A stretch of 64,000 nucleotides of DNA. Origin: Vicinamibacteria bacterium (GTDB taxonomy: Bacteria > Acidobacteriota > Vicinamibacteria > Marinacidobacterales > Marinacidobacteraceae). Of this stretch, positions 26,397 through 35,934 are shown in pieces. The first letter of the stretch is position 1, and each line of letters opens with the position of its first letter. Where the stretch lies: positions 1,088,001-1,152,000 of the forward strand of contig OZ219816.1 of assembly GCA_964291235.2 (NCBI GenBank), written 5' to 3'. The notes beneath the pieces are model-generated. The model made no database searches and had not been told where the DNA came from. It saw nothing but the letters and a program-made list of their open reading frames with translations. The translations under genes and the position numbers were made by a program.

Positions 26397-28063
26397 GGGC
26401 GCGCTGGGGCGGCGTGGGCGTCCTGCTGCTGGCGTCCGCCGCGGCGTTCGCTCAACCCCAAATTCGCTTCAGCGAAGTGGCGGAGGCATCGGGTATCCGC
26501 TTCGTCAACATGTACGGCGGCGTTCGCAGCAAGGACTACATCCTGGAAACGACCGGCACCGGCGCGGCGTTTTTCGACTATGACGGCGACGGGGATCTGG
26601 ATCTCTTCCTGGTGAACGGCTCCCGGCTCGGTTACGACGAGACCCAGAGCCTCTCGAACGCGCTGTTCCGCAACGAGGGAGAAGCGCGGTTCACGGAGGT
26701 CACCGGACCCGCCGGGCTCGAATCCTACGGCTGGGGCCAGGGCGCGTTTGTGGTGGACCACGACAACGACGGCGATCTCGATCTCTTCGTGACGCGCTAC
26801 GGCAGGAATCTCTTCTACCGAAACCGGGGCGACGGGACCTTCCAGGAAGTGGGGGCCGAGCTGGGAGTGGATGATCCCCGCTGGGGGACCGGGGCTGCCT
26901 TCGGCGACCTCGACGGCGACGGTGTCCCGGATCTGGTCGTCGTGAACTACGTGGATTTCGACCCGGCACGGACGCCCGGGCCCGGAGAGGAGCCGTATTG
27001 TTTTTTCCTCGGGATTCCCGTGATGTGCGGGCCGAAGGGGCTCGCGCCGGCCCCGGCGCTTCTTTACCGCGGGCTTCCCGACGGGCGCTTTGTCAGGGTC
27101 GAGGGGCTCGAGATCGGGGCGGAGAGCTACTTCGGGCTTGGAGTGGTGCTCGGCGATCTGGATGACGACGGCGATCTCGACGTTTACGTCGCGAATGACC
27201 AGACGCCAAACAACTTCTACCGAAACGACAGCGCGGAACAGGGCCTCGAATTCACCGATGTGGGCCTTGCCGCCGGCCTCGCCTACAACGAGGACGGGCG
27301 GGCCCAGGCGGGAATGGGGGTGGACCTCGGGGATTACGACAACGACGGGCAACTGGACATCGTGGTGACCAACTTCTCCCACGACTACAACACCATTTAC
27401 CGGGCTGCCGGGGGCGGCTGGTTTCTCGATGCGTCGTTCGCCGCCGGAGTCGCGGAACCCAGCTACCCGTATCTTGGCTGGGGAGCCGGTTTCCGCGACC
27501 TGGATCGGGACGGTTGGCTCGATCTCGTGGTCGTGAACGGCCACGTCTATCCGGAGGTTGAAGGTGGGGTGACCGAAAGCGACTACGAACAGCGCGGACT
27601 GGTGTTTCGGAATCTCACCGGTGGGGTGTTCGCCGAGGTCGCCCCGACCGCTCTGGGAGTGCCCCGGGTGTACCGGGGAGCGGCCTTTGCGGACTACGAC
27701 GACGATGGAGACACCGACCTGTTGGCCACGGTGATGAACGGGACGCCGTCGCTCTTCCGAAACGACACGGACACGAATTCGGCCTGGGTCGGTTTCCGGC
27801 TGGTCGGCCGGGAGAGTCCGCGGGATGGGATCGGCACCCGGCTGGTGCTGACGGGAGCCGGTTCCTCCCAGCTGCGGGAAGCCCGGTCCGCCGGCAGCTA
27901 CCTCGCCTCCAGCGATCCCCGGGTCTTTTTCGGGGTGGGCTCGGGCGCCGGCCCCTATCGGGCCGAGGTCCGCTGGCTCTCCGGCTGCCGGCAGGAGATC
28001 GAGGCCGTCCCCGGACGCTACCTGCTGGTGGTGGAACCGCCCGACTGCGGCGCCCCCGGTTAG
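26393..28063 (+). CDS. CRTAC1/ASPIC-UnbV family protein
   Basis: GTGA overlap start, signal peptide, ETTGTGAAFFDYDGDGD, AQAGMGVD, SYLASSDPRVFFG, VRWLSG. Confidence 0.88.
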   Translation: MRARWGGVGVLLLASAAAFAQPQIRFSEVAEASGIRFVNMYGGVRSKDYILETTGTGAAFFDYDGDGDLDLFLVNGSRLGYDETQSLSNALFRNEGEARFTEVTGPAGLESYGWGQGAFVVDHDNDGDLDLFVTRYGRNLFYRNRGDGTFQEVGAELGVDDPRWGTGAAFGDLDGDGVPDLVVVNYVDFDPARTPGPGEEPYCFFLGIPVMCGPKGLAPAPALLYRGLPDGRFVRVEGLEIGAESYFGLGVVLGDLDDDGDLDVYVANDQTPNNFYRNDSAEQGLEFTDVGLAAGLAYNEDGRAQAGMGVDLGDYDNDGQLDIVVTNFSHDYNTIYRAAGGGWFLDASFAAGVAEPSYPYLGWGAGFRDLDRDGWLDLVVVNGHVYPEVEGGVTESDYEQRGLVFRNLTGGVFAEVAPTALGVPRVYRGAAFADYDDDGDTDLLATVMNGTPSLFRNDTDTNSAWVGFRLVGRESPRDGIGTRLVLTGAGSSQLREARSAGSYLASSDPRVFFGVGSGAGPYRAEVRWLSGCRQEIEAVPGRYLLVVEPPDCGAPG

Positions 28064-28105
28064 GAAGGGAACGCCGGCCAGCTCTCCCAATGGAGCCCCG
28101 GTGGC

Positions 28106-28368
28106 GTTTCACCACCGGCTGCTCAGCAGCCCCGATGGTGAAACTCTGAAGGGGCTTGTTCGCGGCGCGCCGCGCCGCGGGGGTGGGGTGTGGGGAGGGG
28201 TTTCCCCTCCCCACGAAAGACGATGCCGCGAATCGCAAAGCGCCAGTTCTCCCGGTGGGGGGGCGCGGCATCAACCCGTGGTGAAAGCGCCCCGCACACA
28301 CACAAACGACGGATCCGCTGCGCGTGATTTCCTGGGGCTCGTGCGGGGCGCTTTCACCACGGCTGTCA
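28106..28368. repeat. MITE-like element B, copy 1, between convergent genes
   Basis: 28159-28364 matches the rc of 44167-44356; perfect 22-bp inverted repeat 28276-28297/28341-28362; TIR-like CAGCC..TGGTGAAA ends. Confidence 0.85.
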
Positions 28369-29475
28369 GCCGTCGTCGAACGCAACGGTCTTCAACAGCG
28401 CGTACACCTCGCGGCCGGTCTCGAGTCCGAGTTCGGTGACGGCATCCCGGGTGATCCGGGCGCTGAGACGCTGCTCGGCGATCTCCACAACCACCTCGGC
28501 GAAGGGGGTTTCCGGCACTTCCCGAGTCTCGAGAACATTGCCCCGCAGCACATTGCGAATGCTGATGGAGGCGGGCCGGACGGTGGCGAGCGCGACGTCC
28601 CGGGCCCGTACCCGAAGCCGCGCGACCGTTCCGGCCGCCCGGCCGGTGCCCGGAACGCGCAGGATCTGCCCGCCGAGCTCGAGTTCCGACAGCCCCAGCG
28701 CCGGGAGGCGGGTCCGGACCGCGGCCGTCAACACGGTTCCAGCCTCGAACCGGGACAGGGCATCCTCGGCCGGAAGGTGCTCGAGCGCCTCCACGACCGG
28801 AGCGGCGCCGCTCACGTGTCCACCGGAGATCGGGGCGATCCGGTGGGCGATTTCCACGACCTCTCCGAGGTCGTGGCTCACGTACACCACGACCATCCCG
28901 GACGCCTCGCCGAGGGATCGAAGCCAAGGCAGGATTCCGGCGCGGGCGGTGCGGTGGATCCCGGAGACCGGCTCGTCCAGAAGCAGCACTGACGGCCGGG
29001 AGAGCAGGGCCCGCGCCAGGGAGACCCGCTGGCGCTCCCCTCCGGAAAGCCGGTGCGGGTGTCGTGAGAGGTGCCTTCCGAGCTCGAGGCGTTCCACTAC
29101 TTCGGAAAAGCGGAGGGCAGGGGCAGTTTCCGACGCACCGGCGCGGCGCTGGGCGTAGCGGAGGTTGCCCTCGACGGCGAGGTGGTCAAAGAGCGCGGGT
29201 TCCTGGAAAGCGAACCCGATCCGCCGTGCGTGGGTTGGCAGGAAGATCCCCTGGCGGTGGTCCTGCCAGGTTGCTGCTCCAAGCCGGAGTCTTCCCTCGA
29301 AACGGGTGAGTCCGGCGATCGCTCGCAGAAGCGTCGTCTTCCCGCTACCCGAGGGGCCGAACAAGGCCGTCGTTTCGCCCGCGCCCGCCGAGAACTCCGC
29401 GTCGATCCGGAGTCCGCCGACCGTGCCCCGAAGACCTACCTCGAGGGGGCCGGCGGCGGACTCGAGGCCGGTCAC
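28366..29475 (-). CDS. modC: Molybdate ABC transporter ATP-binding protein
   Basis: [24 protein letters not shown]-terminal TOBE (SIRNVL, VYALLK). GTGA-coupled to modB. Confidence 0.9.
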   Translation of the reverse strand: MTGLESAAGPLEVGLRGTVGGLRIDAEFSAGAGETTALFGPSGSGKTTLLRAIAGLTRFEGRLRLGAATWQDHRQGIFLPTHARRIGFAFQEPALFDHLAVEGNLRYAQRRAGASETAPALRFSEVVERLELGRHLSRHPHRLSGGERQRVSLARALLSRPSVLLLDEPVSGIHRTARAGILPWLRSLGEASGMVVVYVSHDLGEVVEIAHRIAPISGGHVSGAAPVVEALEHLPAEDALSRFEAGTVLTAAVRTRLPALGLSELELGGQILRVPGTGRAAGTVARLRVRARDVALATVRPASISIRNVLRGNVLETREVPETPFAEVVVEIAEQRLSARITRDAVTELGLETGREVYALLKTVAFDDG

Positions 29476-30152
29476 CGCTCGCGGCCGCCCGCTTTTTTGT
29501 GGAGGCTGAGGGTCAGCGCCACCACGACGAATGAGAAGACCAGCAAACCCCCGGAAAGGAGATGCGCGGTGCTCCACTCCATGAGTTCCACGTGGTCGTA
29601 GATGGCGATCGAGAGCACCCGGGTAACGCCGGGGATGTTGCCGCCGATCATCAGGATCACTCCGAACTCGCCCACCGTGTGGGCGAAGCCCAGCACCGCC
29701 CCAGCGATGAGGCCGGGCCGGGCCAGTGGCACCGCCACCGTCCAAAAAGCGTCCCAGGGGGAGGCGCGCAGGGTGGCGGCGGCTTCCAGCGGGCGGTCTC
29801 CGACCGCCTCGAAGGCGCTTCGGATCGGCTGGACGGTGAATGGAAGTGAATAGATGACCGACCCGATCACGAGGCCCGGAAAAGAAAACGCGAGCGAACG
29901 CTCGCCAAGCAGTCGGGCCACGAAGCCCCCTGGTCCCTCGGGGCCCAGGGCAATCAGGAGATAGAAACCGAGAACCGTGGGGGGCAGGACCAGCGGCAGG
30001 GCAACGAGGGCCGCTACCGCCTCCTTGAAGCGGAAGCGCGTCCGGGCAAGCCACCAGGCGATGGGTGTCCCGAAAAGCAGCAAGAACACGGTGGTCACTC
30101 CGGCGAGCTCCAGCGTGAGTCGAATCGGCGGCCAGATGGCTTCGGCGTTCAC
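29472..30152 (-). CDS. modB: Molybdate ABC transporter permease
   Basis: [36 protein letters not shown]. Confidence 0.95.
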   Translation of the reverse strand: MNAEAIWPPIRLTLELAGVTTVFLLLFGTPIAWWLARTRFRFKEAVAALVALPLVLPPTVLGFYLLIALGPEGPGGFVARLLGERSLAFSFPGLVIGSVIYSLPFTVQPIRSAFEAVGDRPLEAAATLRASPWDAFWTVAVPLARPGLIAGAVLGFAHTVGEFGVILMIGGNIPGVTRVLSIAIYDHVELMEWSTAHLLSGGLLVFSFVVVALTLSLHKKAGGRER

Positions 30153-30158
30153 GATCGG

Positions 30159-30947
30159 TCAGTGCGCGCCGCCGGCGGCTTCGGTGCGGTATCCGTGCCG
30201 CCGGAGGATCTCGGCGGCGGTCTCCGAGCCGAGGAAATCAAGGAACCGCGCGGCTACCGGATTGCCGCGTCCGGATTCCAGGAGCACAGCCTGCTGCCGA
30301 ATGGGAGCGTGGAGGTCCTCGGGGACCAACCAGCGGGATCCATCGGCAGTCCCGGCGACCTGGGAGAGCGCGAGGAATCCCAGCTCGGCGTTGCCGGTGC
30401 GGACGAATTGGTGCGCCTGGGAGACGCTCATCCCGATGACCAGCCGCTCTTGAAGGAACTCCTCGAGACCCAGGGCGCGCATCACCTCGACCGCTGCCCG
30501 GCCGTAGGGCGCGAGCGCCGGATTCGCCAGCGCCAGGCGCTGGAGATCCGCGTTTCGGAGGGATGCGGGGCCGGTTGCGCGCCCCGGGTCCCGGCTGAAC
30601 AGGACGAGCCGGCCCACCGCGTAGGTCCGCCGGCTACCGGCCACCGCGAGCCCGCCCCGTTCCGCCCGCTCCGGTCGTTCCCGGTCGGCAGCGAGAAAAA
30701 CGTCAAACGGCGCTCCCTGCACGATCTGCGCATAGAGCTGGCCGGTGGAACCGAAGCTGAGAAGCGGCTTGTCCCCGGTGCTGTCCTCAAAGGCAGCGGC
30801 GATTTCGCGTGCTGCGGACATGAAGTTGGCGGCTACCGCAGCCCGCACGTTCCCGTCCTCCCCGCCGGCCTGAGCCGGCGAGCCTGAGAGCAGTCCGGCC
30901 GCTGAAATCAGGGCCAGGATGCGAAGTCGGGCCATGCCGATCGGCAT
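30159..30947 (-). CDS. modA: Molybdate ABC transporter substrate-binding protein
   Basis: AVAANF, GSTGQLYAQI..GAPFDVFLAAD, ANPALAPYG, PIRQ. Confidence 0.93.
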   Translation of the reverse strand: MPIGMARLRILALISAAGLLSGSPAQAGGEDGNVRAAVAANFMSAAREIAAAFEDSTGDKPLLSFGSTGQLYAQIVQGAPFDVFLAADRERPERAERGGLAVAGSRRTYAVGRLVLFSRDPGRATGPASLRNADLQRLALANPALAPYGRAAVEVMRALGLEEFLQERLVIGMSVSQAHQFVRTGNAELGFLALSQVAGTADGSRWLVPEDLHAPIRQQAVLLESGRGNPVAARFLDFLGSETAAEILRRHGYRTEAAGGAH

Positions 30948-30992
30948 GGTAGCGGCGGCGCGCGGTGCGCTGACCCGAGTCCGGACGGGGTC

Positions 30993-32198
30993 CTACCGGG
31001 TTGCGGTCATCATGATCTCGACCTTGATGCCGGCTCCCATCATCTGGGTCTCAACCGTGGCCCGCGGCGGGAACGGCTCTCCGACGACTTCCCGGTACAC
31101 GGCGTTCATGGCGCCGTAGTCGCGCATGTCCTCGAGGTACACCATGGCGTCATCGACATCGCGGAAGGTGAGGCCCGCCGCTTCGAGCGCGGCCGACAGC
31201 CTTCCGAGAACGGCGCGCGTCTGCTCGCCGGGATCCTCGCTGCGGTCCGGTCCGGGAGCGACCATCCCGGAGAGATAGAGCCGGTCGCCAGCCCAGATTC
31301 CCGGTGAGAGCGGGCTCCCGGAGCGGGGGCCGTCCGGCGCCAGAACGCTGCGCTCGGCGCGGCTGGCCACGCACTGCACTTCCGCCGTGAAGAGGGGATT
31401 TGCCAGCCGGGCCTCGACGGTGGCCCGAGTCGGCGGGTCCTCGGGGAAAAACTCCCGGTACGCCGCGTTCATTTCCCCGAAGGTGCGCGGGTCATCCAGG
31501 AACACCCGGCAGTTCGCGACGTTCGAAAAATCCATTCCCCCCGCCTCGAGAACGAGCCCGATGTTCCCCATGATGCGCTGCATCTGCTCGGGCACGCCAC
31601 CCGCCACCGGCTGGTAGGTATCCGGATCGCGCGCGGTGGCGCCGGCGACGAACAGTGTGTCTCCGGCTTCGATGCCCCAGGAATAGGGAAGCTCGGGACT
31701 CTTCATGGCCTCCGGGTTGATGACCCGGCGGTCCACACCCTGTCGCACCGCGACCAGCGAGATTTCGACGAGGGCTCCCGGGATCGCGATCCCCGCCTCC
31801 ACCGTGGCGCGCGTTGGGGGATCCTCCGCGAAATACTCGCGATATATGCCGTTCATCGCCTGGAAATGGCGGATGTCCGACAGGTACACGTTGACGGCGG
31901 CCACCCGGGAAAAATCGAGACCCGCGCTTTCGAGCGTCGCGCCGAGATTGTCGAGCGTCTGGCGAACCTGGGCCTCGATGCCTCCCGGCACCAGATCGAG
32001 CGTGCCCGGAACGTTCCCGAGGGCGCCCGCCAGATAGACGAGGTCGCCACTTTCCCGATACTCCGAAAACGGCAGGCCGACGGTACCCGTGTCCGCGGGT
32101 GCCTCGGGCGCTTCGCCCGTGCCACCGCCGCAGCCGAGCGCGAGAAGAAGCGGGAGGGAGGGTCCGATGAATCGGCGGTAGCGGCTACGTTGGGTCAT
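30993..32198 (-). CDS. Lipoprotein with three tandem RidA/YjgF/UK114 domains
   Basis: Lipobox LALGC; three repeats of MNxxYRE..P(T/P)RATVE followed by VEI/AEV; GGAG RBS before ATG 32198. Confidence 0.88.
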   Translation of the reverse strand: MTQRSRYRRFIGPSLPLLLALGCGGGTGEAPEAPADTGTVGLPFSEYRESGDLVYLAGALGNVPGTLDLVPGGIEAQVRQTLDNLGATLESAGLDFSRVAAVNVYLSDIRHFQAMNGIYREYFAEDPPTRATVEAGIAIPGALVEISLVAVRQGVDRRVINPEAMKSPELPYSWGIEAGDTLFVAGATARDPDTYQPVAGGVPEQMQRIMGNIGLVLEAGGMDFSNVANCRVFLDDPRTFGEMNAAYREFFPEDPPTRATVEARLANPLFTAEVQCVASRAERSVLAPDGPRSGSPLSPGIWAGDRLYLSGMVAPGPDRSEDPGEQTRAVLGRLSAALEAAGLTFRDVDDAMVYLEDMRDYGAMNAVYREVVGEPFPPRATVETQMMGAGIKVEIMMTATR

Positions 32199-32342
32199 GG
32201 GGGAACTCCTCCGGACGTCTCGAAACGGCCCGCGATGATACATTCGGAAACCTTCGCGGCCGCGCGCCGAGGCCCGCCCGCCGCCGCCCCGGAACTCCGG
32301 AGTCGCGCCGGGCCGGTGGCGTGGACCGGCCATCGAACAGAG

Positions 32343-33647
32343 ATGCACTCCGTTTTTCGTTCCGGGTCGGACGGCGGTCTCGAGGCCGACGGGTTGGATC
32401 TCAAGACAGCGCTGGCGGCGTCAGGAGCGGCCACCCCCGCCTACGTGTATAGCGCCCGCGCGATCGTCGAGCGTTTTTCGGCGCTCCAGAGCGCACTGGC
32501 GGGAACCCACCACTTCATCGCGGTGGCGCTGAAGGCCAACGCGCTTCCGGCGCTGCTGAGCCCGCTGCGGGAGTTGGGAGCGGGAGTGGAGGCGGTTTCG
32601 GCGGCGGAGTTGCTGGTCGCGGACGGCCTCGGTTTCCGCGGCGACCGAATGGTGATGTCCGGAGTCGGCAAGACGGCAACGGATCTTGAGACGGCTCTCG
32701 GCCTCGGAGTGCGCTTCGTCTCGGTCGAATCCCGGGGAGAACTCGAGTTGCTGAACCGCCTGGCGCTCGGTCACGGCGTCCGGGCCCCGGCGCTCCTCCG
32801 GTTGAATCCCGGGATCGACGCCGCGACCCATCCCAAGATTGCGACCGGAACCCCCGCCGCCAAGTTCGGGATGCCGGAGGTGGACCTTGTCGCGTTGGCC
32901 GAAGAGAGCCGCGGGTGGCCGGGGGTGGAATTGCTCGGTGTGCATGCGCACGTGGGTTCCCAGATTCGCAACGTGGAGACGCTGGCGCGGAACGCCGAAC
33001 AACTCGGCGGAGCTTTTTCCCGGCTGCGCCGCGCCGGCGTCCCCGTCACGATCGTGGATGTCGGCGGCGGGCTCGGTATCCCCCAGCGGGATGGAGAAAA
33101 CGAGATCTCCATGGAGACCTACGCGGCAGCGGTGTTGCAGACGCTTCGGGAAGTGCTGGGGCGGGAGTGTCCCGGCGTGGATCCCACCCTGGTGTTCGAG
33201 CCGGGCCGGGCGCTCTTTGGCCCGGCGGGGGCGCTCGTCGTGCGGGTGCTTCACACGAAACGAAGCGGCTCGCGGGAGTTTTGTGTCGTCGATGGCGGAA
33301 TGAACGACTTTCTCCGGCCGGCCCTTTATGGAGCGTGGCACCGGATCGTCCCGCTACGGCCCCGGCCGGAGACCGAACGGCTCTTCGACGTGGTGGGCGG
33401 TGTGTGCGAAACCGGGGACGCGTTCGCCCGGGACCGGGCGCTGCCCCCGCTCCGGGCGGGGGATTTCCTCGCGGTGCTCGATGCCGGGGCCTACGGGTAT
33501 TCGATGGCCTCCAACTACAACCTGCGGCCGCGACCGGCCGAAGTCGTGATCCAGGATGGTTCGGCTTTTCTCGCCCGGCCGGCGGAGACGCCGGCGGAGC
33601 TTGCGGCGCGCGAACTCGGCGCTCAGCTGGCGGGAGCTCCCGCGTGA
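32343..33647 (+). CDS. lysA: Diaminopimelate decarboxylase
   Basis: ALKAN (PLP Lys), HPKIATG..KFG, HAHVGSQ, EPGR, RPALY, CETGD, GAYGYSMASNYN. Confidence 0.93.
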   Translation: MHSVFRSGSDGGLEADGLDLKTALAASGAATPAYVYSARAIVERFSALQSALAGTHHFIAVALKANALPALLSPLRELGAGVEAVSAAELLVADGLGFRGDRMVMSGVGKTATDLETALGLGVRFVSVESRGELELLNRLALGHGVRAPALLRLNPGIDAATHPKIATGTPAAKFGMPEVDLVALAEESRGWPGVELLGVHAHVGSQIRNVETLARNAEQLGGAFSRLRRAGVPVTIVDVGGGLGIPQRDGENEISMETYAAAVLQTLREVLGRECPGVDPTLVFEPGRALFGPAGALVVRVLHTKRSGSREFCVVDGGMNDFLRPALYGAWHRIVPLRPRPETERLFDVVGGVCETGDAFARDRALPPLRAGDFLAVLDAGAYGYSMASNYNLRPRPAEVVIQDGSAFLARPAETPAELAARELGAQLAGAPA

Positions 33648-34174
33648 ACCCCGACCCGATGCCCCGGCCGCGTCTCGCGCTGCTCGGGGCACTGGCACTG
33701 CTGACCATCGTGGCGGCGGTCCGGGTGACCACCGTCATCGAGGACCCGGCCGATTTTCTGCTCGCGCTGGGGCTGGTGGCGCTCTTCACGCCGCTGAAGG
33801 CGCTCATGATTCGCTGGCTGGACGGACGGCGGCCGTACCAGTCGGCATTCGCCGCCTCGCTGTTCTCCGCGATTGTGGGCATGGCGTTTCGCGAGCCGCT
33901 CAACCTGTGGTCCCTGTTGTTCCGCAGCACGATGCTGACCGCGGCGCTCGAGACGCTTCCGCTCTTTGCGATGCGAACCTCCGATTCCCCGGTTCGGATC
34001 TTCGTGCTCTCCGGCTACATGAGCGTTGTCGTCCATCTGCTTTCCGGCGGGTTCGTACTGCTTTCCTGGAGACCGTTGGTCGGGGGTCTGCTGATGGCCG
34101 GGGGAGTGGTCGCGATGTGGCTGCCGCTGTTTTTCGGGCGGCTCCGGCGCGTCGGGGGCGGAGCCTCGCGGTAG
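33644..34174 (+). CDS. Hypothetical multi-pass membrane protein
   Basis: GTGA overlap with the lysA stop; about 5-6 hydrophobic segments. Confidence 0.7.
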   Translation: MNPDPMPRPRLALLGALALLTIVAAVRVTTVIEDPADFLLALGLVALFTPLKALMIRWLDGRRPYQSAFAASLFSAIVGMAFREPLNLWSLLFRSTMLTAALETLPLFAMRTSDSPVRIFVLSGYMSVVVHLLSGGFVLLSWRPLVGGLLMAGGVVAMWLPLFFGRLRRVGGGASR

Positions 34175-34196
34175 GCCGTCGAGCGCCGGCATTCGA

Positions 34197-34484
34197 AACT
34201 CCCTCGCGCGCCCGGGGCGCGCAGCGGCGAACCTAGCGCCAGCTTCCAGGTAAGGAGCGTAAAGGAGCGCCGGCCTCCGGCCGGCATCGCTCCCCCGGCG
34301 GGGAGCGAAACTCCCGTCGTCAACCTTCCAGGATGGCACTGCAGCCCAGCAGGGTGGCGCTGCGCGGCTCCCATCCTGGTACGACGATCCGCTGTCCCCG
34401 CTTGGGTTGGTGCTGTCGAGGCTGACTGGGTCGGGGAGTTTCGCCTCGCTTTGCTCGGCGATGCCGGCCGGAGGCCGGCGCTCC
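34197..34484. repeat. Module D plus REPIN/MITE-like element A, copy 2 (inverted)
   Basis: 34264-34484 is the rc homolog of 19376-19585; 34197-34230 is the rc homolog of 19746-19779. Confidence 0.85.
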
Positions 34485-34588
34485 TGGCCTGGAGTGAGGT
34501 TGCCTCGGTTTGTCGGATACCTTGAAATGGCCGAAATGGACGAACTCCCGGTTACTCCGGCAGCGAAGTCCGCGGCGGACCCCGGCGA

Positions 34589-35911
34589 CTACTCTTGGTC
34601 CTTGCCGACTGGGGGTGTCTGGCGGGCGGGGGACGGACGCGGCTCTTCCGGGGGCAATCGATCCCCCGCGTCCCGATGGATCCCCCCGACCGCCATCAGC
34701 AGGGATTCCACGTCCCCGTTCCCGAACTCGCCGTCGGCGGTTGCCGCGGCCACGACCCGGGCGGCCCGCCAGATGTGACGGAAACCGACCCGCCCCTCGC
34801 GATTCAGTTCGGTCAGGGTTGCAAACGCCGCGTCGATCTCCGCCTCCCGGGTGGCAGCCTCTTCCGCCAGCGACTCGTGGGCGATCTGGCGTAGCGAATC
34901 GATCGCGGCGGCCCGCTGCGGCCCGGGGTTCGTGAGATATCCGAGGTACACGAACAGTCCGACGGCGATCAGAAGCCCGGAAATCATCGACAGGGCGATG
35001 AAGAGGAAACCCAGGCGCCGGGAGCCGGGGCGCACGTCCCTCAGATCCTCTCCGATGCTGAGGGCGCCGGGCGGCGGCGACGGGAGCCAGGGCCCCTGGG
35101 GGGCCTCCGCGACGGATGCCGCGGGTTTCTCCGCAGTCTCCCCGCGCATATCGCGCAGGTAGATGAAGCAGCCGATGGCCAGGATTCCCGTGGCCGGGAT
35201 CAGGATCCCGCCGGGAATCCACAACGGATCGCCGAGCGACGCGATGTCCGTCAGGTTGAAGAGGAGAAGGGCAGCGACGTTGTGGAAGAGATGGATCGAG
35301 ATGGGGACCAGGATGCTGCGGGTGGCCATAGCCGCCAGCCCCAGGACGAGTCCGGCGACGAAGTAGTTGGGGAGAAGCAGCCCGTGCATCACGGTGAACA
35401 GGAGCGCGGAGACCACGAGGGCTCCGCCTCTTCCCAGCGGTCGCAATCCGGTCAGGATCACGCCCCGGAACAGCAGTTCTTCGGAAAGCGCCGCCCCAAC
35501 GCCGATGCCGGCGAGTCGGATCAGCCAGGAGAACAATCCCTCGGCGCGGACCAGGTCCGCCACGGTCTGGACCAGTGCCTCGTCGATAGGGAGGAACGCG
35601 CGGCTCAGGTTGGCGAGTTGATCGCTCACCACGAACAGCGACAGCGCGACCGGAATCGACAGAAGGAGCTGGCTGTTCTTGGCGGGCCGTAGCCGGAGGG
35701 CGCGATACGGGTTCAACCGGAAGAGGCGGATCGCGGCGAGGGCCACGAGCAGGGTGATTCCGGGGGTCGCCAGGATGGCGAGATCGAAAGGCAGTCCCGT
35801 TCGCGTGATGACGACACCGATCAGGATGATCGCGACGAAAGTGGCGATGAAGGTAGCGAGCGCCTGCGGGACCGTCGCGAGGCCGGGAGCGCGGCGGGGC
35901 GTCTTCTTCAC
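34589..35911 (-). CDS. CPBP (CAAX/Abi) family intramembrane metalloprotease with C-terminal extension
   Basis: EELLFRG, FTVMH, HLFHN motifs and many TMs; extra TM plus a helical domain at the C-terminus. Confidence 0.85.
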   Translation of the reverse strand: MKKTPRRAPGLATVPQALATFIATFVAIILIGVVITRTGLPFDLAILATPGITLLVALAAIRLFRLNPYRALRLRPAKNSQLLLSIPVALSLFVVSDQLANLSRAFLPIDEALVQTVADLVRAEGLFSWLIRLAGIGVGAALSEELLFRGVILTGLRPLGRGGALVVSALLFTVMHGLLLPNYFVAGLVLGLAAMATRSILVPISIHLFHNVAALLLFNLTDIASLGDPLWIPGGILIPATGILAIGCFIYLRDMRGETAEKPAASVAEAPQGPWLPSPPPGALSIGEDLRDVRPGSRRLGFLFIALSMISGLLIAVGLFVYLGYLTNPGPQRAAAIDSLRQIAHESLAEEAATREAEIDAAFATLTELNREGRVGFRHIWRAARVVAAATADGEFGNGDVESLLMAVGGIHRDAGDRLPPEEPRPSPARQTPPVGKDQE

Positions 35912-35934
35912 GAAAGGGGAATCCGGGTGTTACC

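Noticed and set aside
24705-28063. Recurrent GACGGCGACGG-like nucleotide repeats
   Set aside because: Explained by codons of the DxDGDG FG-GAP-like protein repeats.
30948-30992. ModE box or Moco riboswitch upstream of modA
   Set aside because: The gap is only 45 bp and no consensus is visible.
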